From Pavona decussata (Eukaryota), in NCBI GenBank assembly GCA_977016875.1, contig CDRNST010000214.1, positions 4,278,001 to 4,342,000 of the forward strand: 64,000 nucleotides of DNA. The letters are read 5' to 3'. Both the position numbers and the translations under genes were made by a program. The notes under the pieces are model-generated. The model made no database searches and had not been told where the DNA came from. It saw only the letters and a program-made list of their open reading frames with translations. Within the stretch, counting starts at the first letter, position 1. Every line of letters begins with the position of its first letter. This document shows positions 23,407 to 36,191 of this stretch, piece after piece.

Positions 23407-26400
23407 TCACCGACTATTACCAATGCACTCTGTACGGGATGGCTGTACGGTGTGTGACTATGCTTTTTTGAGCAGTATTTCGCTGAGCTACTGTTTACTG
23501 TGCTATACAAAGTGTACTGAACTGCTTTTAAGACTTTCAAACGAAGGAAGTTCTTAGTTTCATTCTTTTCTCATTTTGTATTGTTGTTATTTGTGTTATT
23601 TTTGTCCGCATATTAGAGTTTCCAGTATCCTGCTAGAGTAGCTAGCTACCTGTCTAATGAACTGGATCCTGAGTGTGATAAGACAAATTGAAGTTACTAT
23701 GAAGTAATTTTCTGAGATATTGTTTAAATTTCTATTTGCTGAGGAAGGTGAAAATCCAAAAGTGCGCCCACCACTTCAAGTGAAAGCTACTCAGCAGTAC
23801 TTTCCTGTGGTGCTGTACAAGAAGGTTCTAACTTTGAGCCTGTGAATGAAATCCTAAAGTGGGACCATTCAAATGAAAACTACTGAGCAGTATTTTCCTG
23901 TGGTGCTGCTTGCTATGCTGTACAAGGTGGTTCTAGTTTGAGCCTGTTGATTATGAAGTGTGACCATTCGAATGTTTCAGACAACCCTTTGCAAGGAGAC
24001 CGCTAACTTCTTGAGTCTGTGGACAAAATTCTTAAGACAGTGTAACCACTCAACGTAAAGTCGGCTGTGGCCGTAGAATTCTAAAGTGTTACTACTCAAA
24101 CGAAAACTATTAAGCAGTATTTTCCTGTGGTGTTGTGGATTACTGACAGCCAGTTACCAAAACGGTGGAAATCTTTTCAAATCTGCACTCTGGTGCTCTT
24201 AGTGGCTGTCCACTCTGGCACTGATAACGGTTTGAGGCTCACAAGCTAAACTAACTCCGCTGATAGGGATGACATGTTATGGGCGCCCCTATTACTGCCG
24301 CGGACCGAACAAAGCTTAGTAGCTTCTACAGTGTTCCAGACGATACATTGATCCAATCATATAAATTGGCGGTTACTGGTAGACACATAAAAAACTTTCG
24401 CGTTTCTGTCTGTCGGCATGCTGAGTCGAGAAATCAAAATTAGCTCAGTGGAAAGAAAACAATAACCTACAATTAGTCTGCAGGAATGCTAAAAAATTAA
24501 TGTATATGACGAGTTATAAATCAAATTCTTAATCTACCTCCATCCTCCTACTGTGAAGGCATTTGAAAAAGTCTAGGTGAATTTAATGAAAGGAGCCAGG
24601 ACAATATAGGTACGTGATAGCTGAAAGCTGACGAACGTGAGCAAGTTACAAGCCAAGGAAGGGAATCTCTTTAGAGAGATCTTAGTCTTGTGCCTGCGCA
24701 AGCATGCGTCATGTAAATATGCCACGGACGAGCTTGTTTATGATTTCTGTCAAACAGGGTCTGCCATACATGCCGCGTTGCTCACGAAATGGTAACCTTT
24801 GATAACGGACCCAAAATGCTTATAAATTGGATCCAGAGGAGTAAGTCGGTTTGTTAAGTTCATTAAGCTTACCTGTGGAAAATGTCCAACGCATTTCTAT
24901 TACTGAGGATTGAACACCGGAAACTTGGACAGCTATAGCGTTACTGGTAAAAAGGTTCGTCCGTCTCGGCTTGTTTTTCACTGTCAAACAGTCCGACAAA
25001 TAGGCTGATGATCTATTTTACACACGGACTGGTATTCTCGTCAACGTAGTCGCCACAACACCAGCTGTTCAGGAATGATAACATTGCTCTATTTGTTTCA
25101 AAAAGAGCTTTCGCGAGAAAGCGAAGCCTATTAAAAGATAAAGGGGCACGATTCAGCTGGCGAGATCTTGCCAAATATATGCCAATGCGTTATAATCTGC
25201 GTTAAACCGACGACAAGAGTTTTAACAAGGTGTGGTTACCGGTTCAGAAACAACGAGCGCATTTCGGCACGGAAATGAGCGATATTTTGTGGTTCAAACC
25301 AATATTACTTAAGACACCCAAGTATTGTCATTTATCAAAAATGACTTGTGCCAAAACAAATGTTTAAGACCAAAGATTCCTAAGATCAAATCTTCACGCA
25401 TTACGTACGCTAGGCCAGGATCAAAGGGCCTCAAGTGATAAACCTTATTTGAACCACTTGGAACTGAAAATTAAAGTTAAATCGATCCAATTTAAGTAAA
25501 GAATACAAGAAAACAAACAAACTTAAGAAAAGAACACAAAAACGACTTGAAATACGGGATACAAAAGCTTGCCAATTCGATTGTCATCTCATTCTTCAAA
25601 CAATTTTCTCTGTAACTATATCTGAATTTCAACTACATATATTAAAAAATGTTATTTTGTAGTCTCATTTTGTTAATGAGATGTTATAAAATTATAAGTT
25701 TGGCTCTTTTCGGTCAGTATTTGGTTTAAAGAGTTGTTGTTTTATACAAATCAATATGCACAACTCATCGGGTCAGCTATATTAAACCAGGTCGCTATTT
25801 CTGTCTTGTTTTGTATCTACTATGCAGAGAAGTTAATTTGCGCAAACAGGATTAACATCCACCCATCGACGGTTTGCAAAACAGAACAGCTAGATGCCCA
25901 ACCACAAAGTTGTGCATGCGCATTCTAATGGACCAACTCAAGGTCAAATCCGCTCCTATGATTGGTTAATAGAGTAATTCTGACTGAAATGCAATTACCG
26001 CGGCAGATCTGCTCAACCTAGTCGGAAGGATAGTATTATCTAGGAAATATTAAAGTGAAAGTGAAGCGACTTATAACACTTTAAAAAGCTGGAGTATTGT
26101 GTAACATTGGAAGGTTCCTGCAGTGAGTCATCCACGTTCACGATTCCACGGCGTATTCATTTCAAATTTGTCAATGAACGATAATTGAAACACCTAATTA
26201 ATCGGCACGGATCTTGTATTTATTCAATTACCGGCGTTTCACTTCTAAGAGCGAACATGTAGAGCACTTTACAGTTGCATGAAATTTTCGGGATTTATCG
26301 ACAAATGTGTCGTCGTTTACAGTGTCGTTTCATTTGAAAATAGAACGAGGTGAAGTTGTATCGTAAGGACCGGAATCTTCCACGCTGATGACAGCCTGGG

Positions 26401-27526
26401 TGGTACAGCAAGAAACGGACGCGTCCAATCGAAACGTCATCCAAGTTCGAACATTTCCATTTTCTTCGTCTAGCAATGAAAATCTCAAGTTTCACATCGG
26501 CCCATTATAAAAATCTGTTCTGATCTGCACTCGAGAAAAGTCTTGAGGCGCTTAGATTAAATCACATGGTTTCATTAGTATTGGGCGTTTTTTCCTAGGG
26601 TTGTCCATGCTCAATGATGAATCTAGCTAATGGCGCAGGAAATTCCCGGTCACGTCGGTCATTTGACTGGGTAAAAAGTAATACTTAGGAAGGTTATGAT
26701 CTTTTCCCCGCCAATGAACGCTGAACCAGGTATTCTATACACATTAAATCAATTCATAGTACTCAGTCCTAGTTTTTAAGTCGTTATTCTGCATGCGTTG
26801 CCCAAGCAGCAGGCAATGGTATCGAGAATCAAACAAATTCTCAAGAGGAAGAAAGAGTTAGATGTAGTGTCAGCGTCAATCATCCAGGACTGGAACTAAA
26901 ATGGTATGATTGAAATAAATGAGTGTTAATAGCCGGGTCGGGTGTAAATTTTGAGTCAGTCTGGACTGGTATACGTGGCAACTAAGGTGACACCGTTCGG
27001 TATCAATAGCTATACCCTTCAGAAGACCTCAGTCTTCCGATTTATCTGTGCATTAGGAAGACTAGAGTTTTGTTTCAGGTGATTCCTTGTCCTACATTTT
27101 GGGAAAATCGATACTTTTAAGGTGACTGTTTTCGAGGGGACAAAGTTCTTGTTAATGCGGCGTGCAAGTGCGAAAATACAAACTGCTTAGCTATTAAAGA
27201 TGATTGTCTAAAATCCAGTTGTAGCGCGGAAATTCGATCCGGCTGCAAATACTTCAAGATTGTATTCTTCAAAATCTTCTGTCGGCCACTTTAAATAATC
27301 CATTAAAACGGTGTTGTTTTACTCAATTATCCCTTTAAATTGTCCTAAACGATTCGGTAAAACAGAGGAAAAACAACTGTTGCTTCGTCCCCTAGTTGAG
27401 TGCACCTGATTCACATCAACAGATGAGAGCTACTGACCAAGATCCTTGGGATCCAAATCGTCACGCCGCCGGGGAAGATATAGTTCTCCGTCGGCTAAGT
27501 AACACGGTCAACACACTGAACCGTAC

Positions 27527-27631
27527 TAACCTGAGCACCAGGCCTTCCTAAGGGGAAGGGGGAGAGGACAGCTTTTCTCTCCTTTACCCTCGTTTCCCCT
27601 CCCCCCTCCGAAAAGCCTGATACTCAGGCTA
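27527..27631. mobile_element. Short MITE of the TAGCCTG...CAGGCTA family
   Basis: TAACCTGAGCACCAGGC...GCCTGATACTCAGGCTA, with 9-bp flanks GAACCGTAC/GAACCGTAA. Confidence 0.8.
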
Positions 27632-29482
27632 GAACCGTAACGGAAAAAATACGCTTCTGTTCTACCAATGAACGGCTTAAGGACACTTACTATTCAGCCA
27701 AAATTTTCGTTTCAATCACGTGCAGTTACAATGAAAATTGCACGCATGGATCTACTGAAAATATTCGGAAACCGGCAGACGACTCTCTCTCTCTCTTCAC
27801 ATTCTCCCTTCTTATCTATTGCAACGGAAACCGATCATTCCATTTTTAATTGAACGACGGACCATTCCATTTGTACAATTTTCGCTGGCAAACTTATCCC
27901 ATAATAACTACACATTGTAGACCAAAACAGTTTGCGCTCTGTTAAAATTTCTTTTAAAAAAAACAGCAATAAGTTGCTGATATTGAAACGGGACTCAAAA
28001 TTATATCTCTGTTACTCAACAGTTTCACTGAGTTCTTCCTCACATGGAGCAAAAGTCATTTTGTTGCAACATTACCCGAGTTTTTTTTAATCTACCAACG
28101 AGATTGCAAGTTTGGAACTGAGAATGAGGCTGTTTGTCTGGACGGAAAAAGTTTCCAGAATTTCAAATCAACAATTTCAATGTGGCCAAATGGATCATGG
28201 GAAGAACCCCAGAACTTTGGCACGAAACGGAAAGAAAAGATTACAGAGTCACCAAATGCAAATTCCACTTTCCGCGCATCAACATAACAACGAGAAAGAG
28301 AACAGTGAGCAAAACTTTTCACACCATGACAGAGGCGGCATCCAAGACTCAAAACTCGATTTGACGTTCGTGGCAACAGTATCATTTGAGACTTTTTCCG
28401 GCTAAAAGAAGGTTAAGTATGCCAGTTAATATAATCCACTCACCAAAGACTTTTCCGAAGGTAACAGAAGATACGATCTTGGAAACTTCAGTTGACAAGG
28501 GACAGTTAGTAACACTCGATGAGCAGATCTCTAAAACAGTCAGTAACTGTTCCCAGGCTCTTTAGCAATGTGGCCTTTTATACAGCACCCAGGCAAACGT
28601 TTTTACTGTAAACTATCCTTAGAACATTGACACGCTAAATGTGATTTATTATTTCCTCAAATATGTCGAGATGTGTTTATTTGGTTCCTATTACAAGGCC
28701 TCTTGATACTTGCCGGGTAATCAATTATTTCTGTCATGCCGTTTGAAGTGCATCTCATTTTTTCTTTCCGAAGGCGTATTTCTCTTTCTGTTAAGTACAT
28801 GAAAAAATTGAATCTATGTTTATGTTGGAGTCTAAGACAGGATATAATGACTGCCGACCTCTTTAAGAAAATTCTTGAACGGCGCGATTTTCAGCATATG
28901 GCGAACAGACAACTGAGGACTCGATTAATAAATTTATGAACAAGCTATCAATCCTTATAGCTGCTCAATCTGTTAGTTGTAGTTTGTACGCCAGTGATTC
29001 CTGAAACGCTTCTAAATGAGATGGTGATCACAGCGATATGTAAACATAAAAAAATAAAAATTACTTGTTAAATTATAAATTAAAGACCTAATTTGTAAAG
29101 TTTTCCTTAACTTATGGACCGTCAACGTTGGCCGTGATATACAACATATTTTGTTTTTAGACAAAACACAGTGTATCGGGATTTCAGGGTAGTTCTTTTG
29201 AAATATTCTAATGAAATGCTAGATGTTTTAGTCTAATCAGGGAAAACGGCTTTTCTATGGGTTCACAGATCATAGATGTTTTTGGTATTAACCCTAATTG
29301 TCATGCATATCTCAGTTTAATTACTCTTTCGGATCAAATTTACATAGGCCGACATAAGAACGAAGAAACACTTAATTTGATTATAACAACTTCAAGTCGA
29401 CAAGTAAACGTAAATTAACTGCGGGAGGGATTTTCAAAGTTGACGTTTCGGCTGATCAATTGCTTTGACAAAGGTGTATTAA

Positions 29483-29847
29483 GGGGAAGTGTCATCATTT
29501 CAAAAACTCCCAAACCTTTTTCTATTAACAGAAATCTAAAAATAATGGTTCAGTTTTGTTTTAAATTACCACCCCGGTGTACGAGAATTGTCGCATGCTC
29601 CTGACCACAGAAGGACTGGGTGGGTCGGAATGGATTGTGACTTGAAAAAGTTAGACTTCGTTCAGTTTCAAGTTCAGTGTCACCGTTTCGTTTTCACTGA
29701 AATAAGCTGGAACAGGTAAGTAGTTGTTCCTTTTAAGAATTCACTTGATTTCTTCCTCTCGATGTTCTAGAACTTATTTTGTAACTAAGCTAAGCTATTT
29801 TTACACCACTTTCGCCAAAAAGGTCAAAATATCTGTGATACTTCCCC
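29483..29847. mobile_element. Kolobok-like MITE, copy A
   Basis: TTAA|GGGGAAGTGTCA...TGATACTTCCCC|TTCA; internal similarity to 40056-40429. Confidence 0.7.
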
Positions 29848-32800
29848 TTCAACGTCAGGTCGTCAGCTATTGAAATTTCTAGATAGAAATTCTAAATAGG
29901 TTAAATAGACAAATTCGTCATAATCTCTCTGTTCTAAAAAATCGCCTTAGAATACCAAGAGAAATCCAGTGTAAGCAGACCATAACGGGTTTAAACAGTT
30001 TTGTTTTTTTATTTTTTCACGAAAAAAAAAAAAAGCAGAACTTGAAAATTTCCAGTTGCAACATCTTGGCCATCTGTGATTAACCAAAAAGCCTTTATTT
30101 CAGTGACTGCAGATGTAGTAGTACTATATATAATGATATCGAAAGTTAAAATTCAGTGGGGATAAAACTGGATCACAGTTGTTTTAAGGTTTGTGGCGCA
30201 GATATGTCTCTCGCCTTTCTAAAGTGTTTCTAAAAATAGCTTACGTAATCACTCAAAGCTGAGAAAATTGAGGTAACTTCCAATTAAAACCCAATGTTAC
30301 ATTACTGATTGAGTAGCGAAATGTGCACAAACTGGTCACAAAAAAATATACGTCAGAAGCCCATTCCTAGTACCGTTGAAAGTTTCCTTGAATCTGTTTA
30401 ACGGACTAAACTCATTTTAAAGTTTAGAACTGGGCACCAACATTTTCACTCTCTGTCGTCTCCTCTCCTCTCTCCCGGTTGAAAGACTAACAGGGAGGGG
30501 GTGGGTGGTAAAGGCAGGCACTTCTTGCGTAACAGATTGTGTGATTGTATTGAAAACTAATTGGCAAGCGCAAGCGCTAGCACGCTCTGTGAGTCAAATC
30601 TACAACCACTCTCAAACGTTCAATGTTGGCTTAGCAAATCAGCGCGCCCGTCTTTACCACTGTACTTTACTTTTAAATAACATTCCTTGGGAGGGAGAAG
30701 GAGGGAGGGAGATGCTTTTAGATTTGTTCTAATATCACCGCTTGTAGCTGTGAATAAAATCCTTCCACATACAGCAAAATGAACATTACCATGGGAAAAT
30801 ACTGTTTAGGTCTGTCTAGCAGCCTTAATATCACTCGGGGGTGAGTTTCAATGATAATACTTTGTTGGTATTTCACTCTGTCAATCACAAACTTTGACAT
30901 TAAAACACCTTGTTAACATCAGTACCTCCAGGAAAATACTGCTCAATAGCTTTCGCCATTGAATCGTCACATCTTGGTTCTCAATTTTGAACGTCTGTGT
31001 GGATAAAACCCCATTCCATTCAACTGAAACGTCTGCTGCCATGACCCTGTTTACTATACTTTGAGATGTGAGGACGCTCCCTACAAAAAGTGTGATGATA
31101 GGCAGAAATGAAAGCTGCTAAGCAGAAGTTTCTGATGTAGAGTTTTTTTTTATCTTCGATATCTTTCAAAAACAAACTTTTTAGCGTTTGCATCATTGTG
31201 AATCGGTGAAATCCCTCTAAAAATGTAACCATTCAAAGATGGGACCTATTCTAAATGAGCGTTATTTTATTGTGCTGGTGTTTGTTATCAGTGATACGAG
31301 GCGGTGCTCAATTTTGAACTTGGAATGAAATCGTAAAGTGACCGTTTCACTCTTCCGAGCTGTATTTTCTTGTGATACTTTTTACTATACTGTTAAACGT
31401 GTGGCCGCAACAATACGTGGTCGTTGAAATGAAAGCTGATGAGCAGGTCTTTTATGAAGAGCTTTTTGTTTCTCGATGCCTTCCAAAAGATGATAGTCAG
31501 TGTTTTTTTTACCTTGTCTCAATCTTATGCGCTTGTGAAAGCAATTAAGGCGGCTTCCGCTTTATGCCCTCCTTTCGCTTCCATTCGCTCGTTGCCTTTG
31601 TTATCCAATGACAACAGCGTAGCTAATTGTACATTGTACAAAGCGGTTCTTTGCTTAGTTCGCTATCAGTAAAGTCTGGCCGGTGTATCTGCGAGACTGT
31701 TTTCTAACAAAACATCAATCCATCTCGCCTATCCTCGTTTAATGATCGCTAAAAAGATTGTTTAGAAAGTAGACACATTTTCGGTTTCATGCTCTGAAAT
31801 GGTACATAAGAATATATGTGATAATTCGCGCTCTTGGGACATTTGGCGGCAACACATCGGCAGATGACTAAGAAAAAGATAGGATAAGAGACGAATCTTA
31901 ACTTTTGGCAACTTGCCCGAAATAAGAACCACAAAGCCGTTAAGAGTCTTGGGTCTAAAAGGAGGAAGTTTTTGGTGAACGTTTCGTGATGATTTGTTGA
32001 ATTTTGCAAACGTAGATGCAACTTGTGATAGCTTTAGGTCACTTAAACATGGGTTTTTTTGGTACAGTAAACTATCATTTAGGCATCAGGCACGTACAGG
32101 TAAGGCCAAGGTGATTAGTGATCTCTCATCTAATGTTGAAGAACGTTTGTCAATAAGAGCACTTAACGATTCGCCTCGGAAAAATATCTGCTGGGGGGCA
32201 TTGCCCGCTTCAAACATTCATATTTAAGTGTGAAAATAAAACTAGCATTTTCGTTAGCGAAATGTCACCTCAAACACTCAAAAGCTACCCCCTTTTGTTT
32301 TCGGAGGAGGCACGAATTTGTTGTTTACCGTATTGATAAAAAAAAAAAAGGTCAGCTATCATCATTGACTGAACTCCGCTGCTTAGTTTTCTGCCGCCGC
32401 GTTTTAATTTTCAGCTCAAGGACTTAAAGAGATTCCGAACAGATTAAACTGTGTTGGCTCACGCATATTGCCTTAAAAAGGCCATAAAATGGCTTGAGAA
32501 TACAGGAGACAACATTCTCAACAACATGCCCCTGTATCTGGTCCGCAAACATCAGTTATTACAAGACTTACACACGTGGTTTCCAATGATTTGTGTTCAG
32601 ACCCGAGTATGAACTGCCTAATTTATACATTTCCTACGGTTTCTATCAGTATCAAGGCCATATCCAGACATATCTCATTTTTCTGTTAAGTAGCCGAGAA
32701 TATTGAATCTCTGTTTGTCTTGGAACCCGAGAGAGTGCATAATGAATAGGAATAAGGTTTCTTCATTTAGGTGCCGACTACTTGAGAAAAAAACAACGGC

Positions 32801-33269
32801 TTGTGGCACCATTAGAACATATGGCTGGCACACTAAGTGTTCGGCTTTAAAAGCCGAAACAAGAAGGTCGGGCTTTGGCTACTCAATCTGTTTAGTTTAA
32901 AGAAGTACGTGAGGCCCTAATGACCCCTAATGAATCTTTAAGAATGGTGATCCCGGCAATGTGTAAACAAAAAATATATATAACTTGTGAAACTACTAAA
33001 TTAGGCTGGCCTGATATGGATTCCACGTGATTTTTTAAACTTGCGTCGTGCCGCTAACTCATCAAAAAATACGGTCCCTTAAAACAAAACAGGGAGAGGT
33101 TTTTTCTCTATCAATTGTATGCCATGAAGAATACAGACATATAGGCATACAACGCTTTGGAACTTTGGATATTCTATACATATCCCACTAGTTGTATTCA
33201 CGGTAATTTCCTGCCATCCCTCATAGTATAATTGCAGAGCCGATGAACGGGAAATTTAAAATTAAACTG

Positions 33270-33543
33270 AGGGCATATTCTCTGGCTATTCTTATTCCGG
33301 TTCAGGAATGAGAGAATAGACAGAAAAACAGTTCCCAAAAGAATGCAATCCCTCTTATTCTGAGTAAACTGTATTCCGTTTATTGTAAGAGAGGATCATC
33401 CTCTCTTCAGGTTCTTTGTTATCACAAGGGCCAAAATAAACGGAATACTATTCCCAGTGCTGATTCCGAAAATAAAATAGGTACCAAACAAACATAAATA
33501 CCGTCTATTCCTTGTATAGTCCCACTGAAAGAACACCCTCTAA
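33270..33543. mobile_element. MITE family with ATTCTTATTCCGG/CCGGAATAAGAAT internal repeats (Harbinger-like)
   Basis: The same motifs recur at ~42885-43110, ~49580-49990 and ~51101-51728. Confidence 0.55.
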
Positions 33544-34093
33544 GCTTCAAATATATGTGTAGTAATGTCGAAGCACCTTGGGACGTTGCCCAGGAATCTT
33601 CGGAAGTCTTTTGACAATCTTCGGGAAATTCCTCAAGATGTCGGAAATGCTCCAATGACCTTCGGGAATTTTCGGGAACCATTCGGCAGTCTTCGGAAAG
33701 CATAGGAAAATTTCGTATAATGATCGGAAACGTTGGAACAACTGAGCTAAAATTTACCGAAATTTGCGACTTAAATTGATTATTGAAAATCTCAATTCCA
33801 TTTTCAATTTTCCTGACAAATGCAACCTACTGAACTTCGGCATGTGAAATCTATTTTAGAGGCTTTTGTAGTAAAGTCGAAAGATGGCTTTTTCGGGTCG
33901 TATCAAGTCGACAGAATTGGGCAAGTTGGACAACTTCCAATCCAATGACAACAAGAAAATCAATGCAGCCGGTGCTATCCGGCTTGTTTATTAAAATCAG
34001 AGTCTGGATAGAGCAAAATCCGAGAAACCGTCTTATTCGGGGAAATTAGCCCGTGCCGTGGTTTCAGTTACTCTTCAATAAAAACCGAAGTAA

Positions 34094-34463
34094 GGCCTGT
34101 TCCAAACGTCGCGCTACTGCCGTGCCGAATTAAATTCAAGAATTTGATTCGACTTAAACACGGCAGTAGCACGACGTTTGAAACCATTCAGTTCGGCAGG
34201 CTGAATTACCGTAAGTGCGGCACGACTATTTAGCAAGGCAGTAGCACGGCAGTAGCGCGACTTGGACGGCATGCTATTGCCGTGCCGAACTAAATTCATA
34301 AATTATTTTAATGTATTTTGGGTTAATTTGCTCGTTCTACGCATTTCTATGTTTTAGAATTTGGTGCAACTGAATTAAATTCGACGTTTGAAACCACTGC
34401 CGTGCCACTGCCGGGTCACTGAAATTGATTTAGCACGACGTAGCACGACGTTTGGAACAGGCC
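34094..34463. mobile_element. PIF/Harbinger-type MITE
   Basis: TIR GGCCTGTTCCAAACGTCG...CGACGTTTGGAACAGGCC, TAA/TTA flanks, and internal repeats CTACTGCCGTGCCGAA. Confidence 0.85.
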
Positions 34464-34895
34464 TTATACAACTTTTTCTTAGTTTCGGCCTTCGTTGAAC
34501 ATATATTGCAGCCACCGCTCGCCATCACAACCGGCTATCCAAGAGCACTATGTACCTCTAAGTGAATTGTAAATAATAAATGCTGAAGATAGCTGGCCTA
34601 AAGTTTGCCTTAGTGGCGAGTAAATCTTTCAAACTTGCATGCATGCTTTTCTCGTCTAACTCAAAGTTAATGGTGCCCAATGAACAAACCGAACACGAAC
34701 CTACATCGCAAAGAAACATTCTTGCGAGAGCGGGATAACATGTTTTAAACACGTTATCCCGCTCTGTCATACCCTAAAATAAGGATTTCCTTTATAGAAC
34801 CAAAAGCAAGACATGACTGCCTTACACAGCATGATAAAGGTCGATAAACAGGAAAGTACTGCTCAGCAACTTTTAGAAACGCCATGTTGTACATC

Positions 34896-34941
<46 letters not shown>

Positions 34942-34983
34942 CAATAATAATAATAATAACAACAATAATAATAATAATAATAA
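34896..34983. repeat. (AAT)n microsatellite with AAC interruptions
   Basis: Direct observation. Confidence 0.97.
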
Positions 34984-36115
34984 CTTTTTGAAAAACCTCA
35001 CTGGCAAGGGAGTTTACCGATTCGCCATACAAAATGGATGTGGCCGAAAAATAGGGAAAACTCCTGAGAAACAATAATCCATCAGGTGATCGGAGAGGGG
35101 GAATGAACCCGCTTCTCCAAGGAAATGCTCGACTCTTTGTAAAGGAAAATGTCCAACAAAGATTTTATGAAACTTATAGCATCTATTTGGTACCCATATG
35201 CCACAGGCTAAGTGACTGGTGATCATACCTTTAAATTCTCCCTAGTTGTCTTGTTGAATACGTATTGAAAGTTAGAGGGTAAAGAAGATATTAGTCCAAT
35301 CTGGTTGCAAGCTTTTTAGGTTGGTCGTTGGTCCTTCCAACAACGTTGACTGAGACATATGTCAAAAGTAGTCATAGAGTAGCTGCGTAACACGATCCTA
35401 GATCAGCGGGACTAAACTGATTGAGAGGTAAAACTACAATAGCGGATCTAGGGAGGGGCCCGGAGACCCCTATTTTTAGACTAAAATTTAGATATTTTGT
35501 CTCACGAAGAATGAGTAGCAAGTCGAGCGTTCGAGAGCGGGCCAACTATTTACCTGAAGGTCTGGATTCCGCCTCTGAGCTACAGGTTATAGATAAAACT
35601 GGAGGTGGTTTGGTCCGTAGTAATCACTTCAAATTTAAAAACTATTCGCTAAGTTGAAAGCATGGGTCAAAATATAAATTACACATTTCATAGGTCTATT
35701 TGTTTGACTTTAAAACAGTTTAAAAGAAGAACTGAACGTTGTCGAAGTGGTCAGTACATGAGAGGATGAATCCTCTCTTGGTCAAACCTCAGTATACTGT
35801 CTCGAACAGGACCATCCAAGCCACAAAATAGATGGTGGTCTCTGCCTGCACCCCACTTCCTCAACCTCAATAGATGGTGTCTTTACAATGCATAGCCACC
35901 CCTCTAAAATTTACAATAAGATTCAATCCTCACTTTTCTTGTTTACCTAGCAATGATGACCTTGCTAGCAGAATATTTCTCTTTCAACGCAAATTTTAAA
36001 GCCAATAAAACTTCTCAGTAAAAACCAGTGATAAACTGTGTTTGCAAGGACCACCGTGACAAAATAAAAGTACCGGATCCTGTAGTGAAGGATCTAATCA
36101 GCAAAAAAATTGTAA

Positions 36116-36191
36116 AGCAAATAATCTAAAAAAAGAGCAAGGCTGATTTCACGGTCAGGGAAGTATATTTTCCAATATTTCGAAAGGCACG
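36116..36191 (+). repeat. 76-bp sequence duplicated almost exactly at 52137-52212
   Basis: AGCAAATAATCTAAAAAAAGAGCAAGGCTGATTTCACGGTMAGGGAAGTATATTTTCCAATATTTCGAAAGGCACG, one mismatch between copies. Confidence 0.9.

Larger units (their letters stand above)
23240..24135. repeat. Degenerate interspersed/tandem repeat family (GTGACCATTCAAATGAAAGCTACTGAGCAGTACTTTCCTGTGGTGCTG)
   Basis: Several diverged units here; others at ~30900-31460, ~45680-45730 and ~46090. Confidence 0.75.

Noticed and set aside
34754-35074. Poly-Ile ORF
   Set aside because: Translation of the (AAT)n microsatellite.
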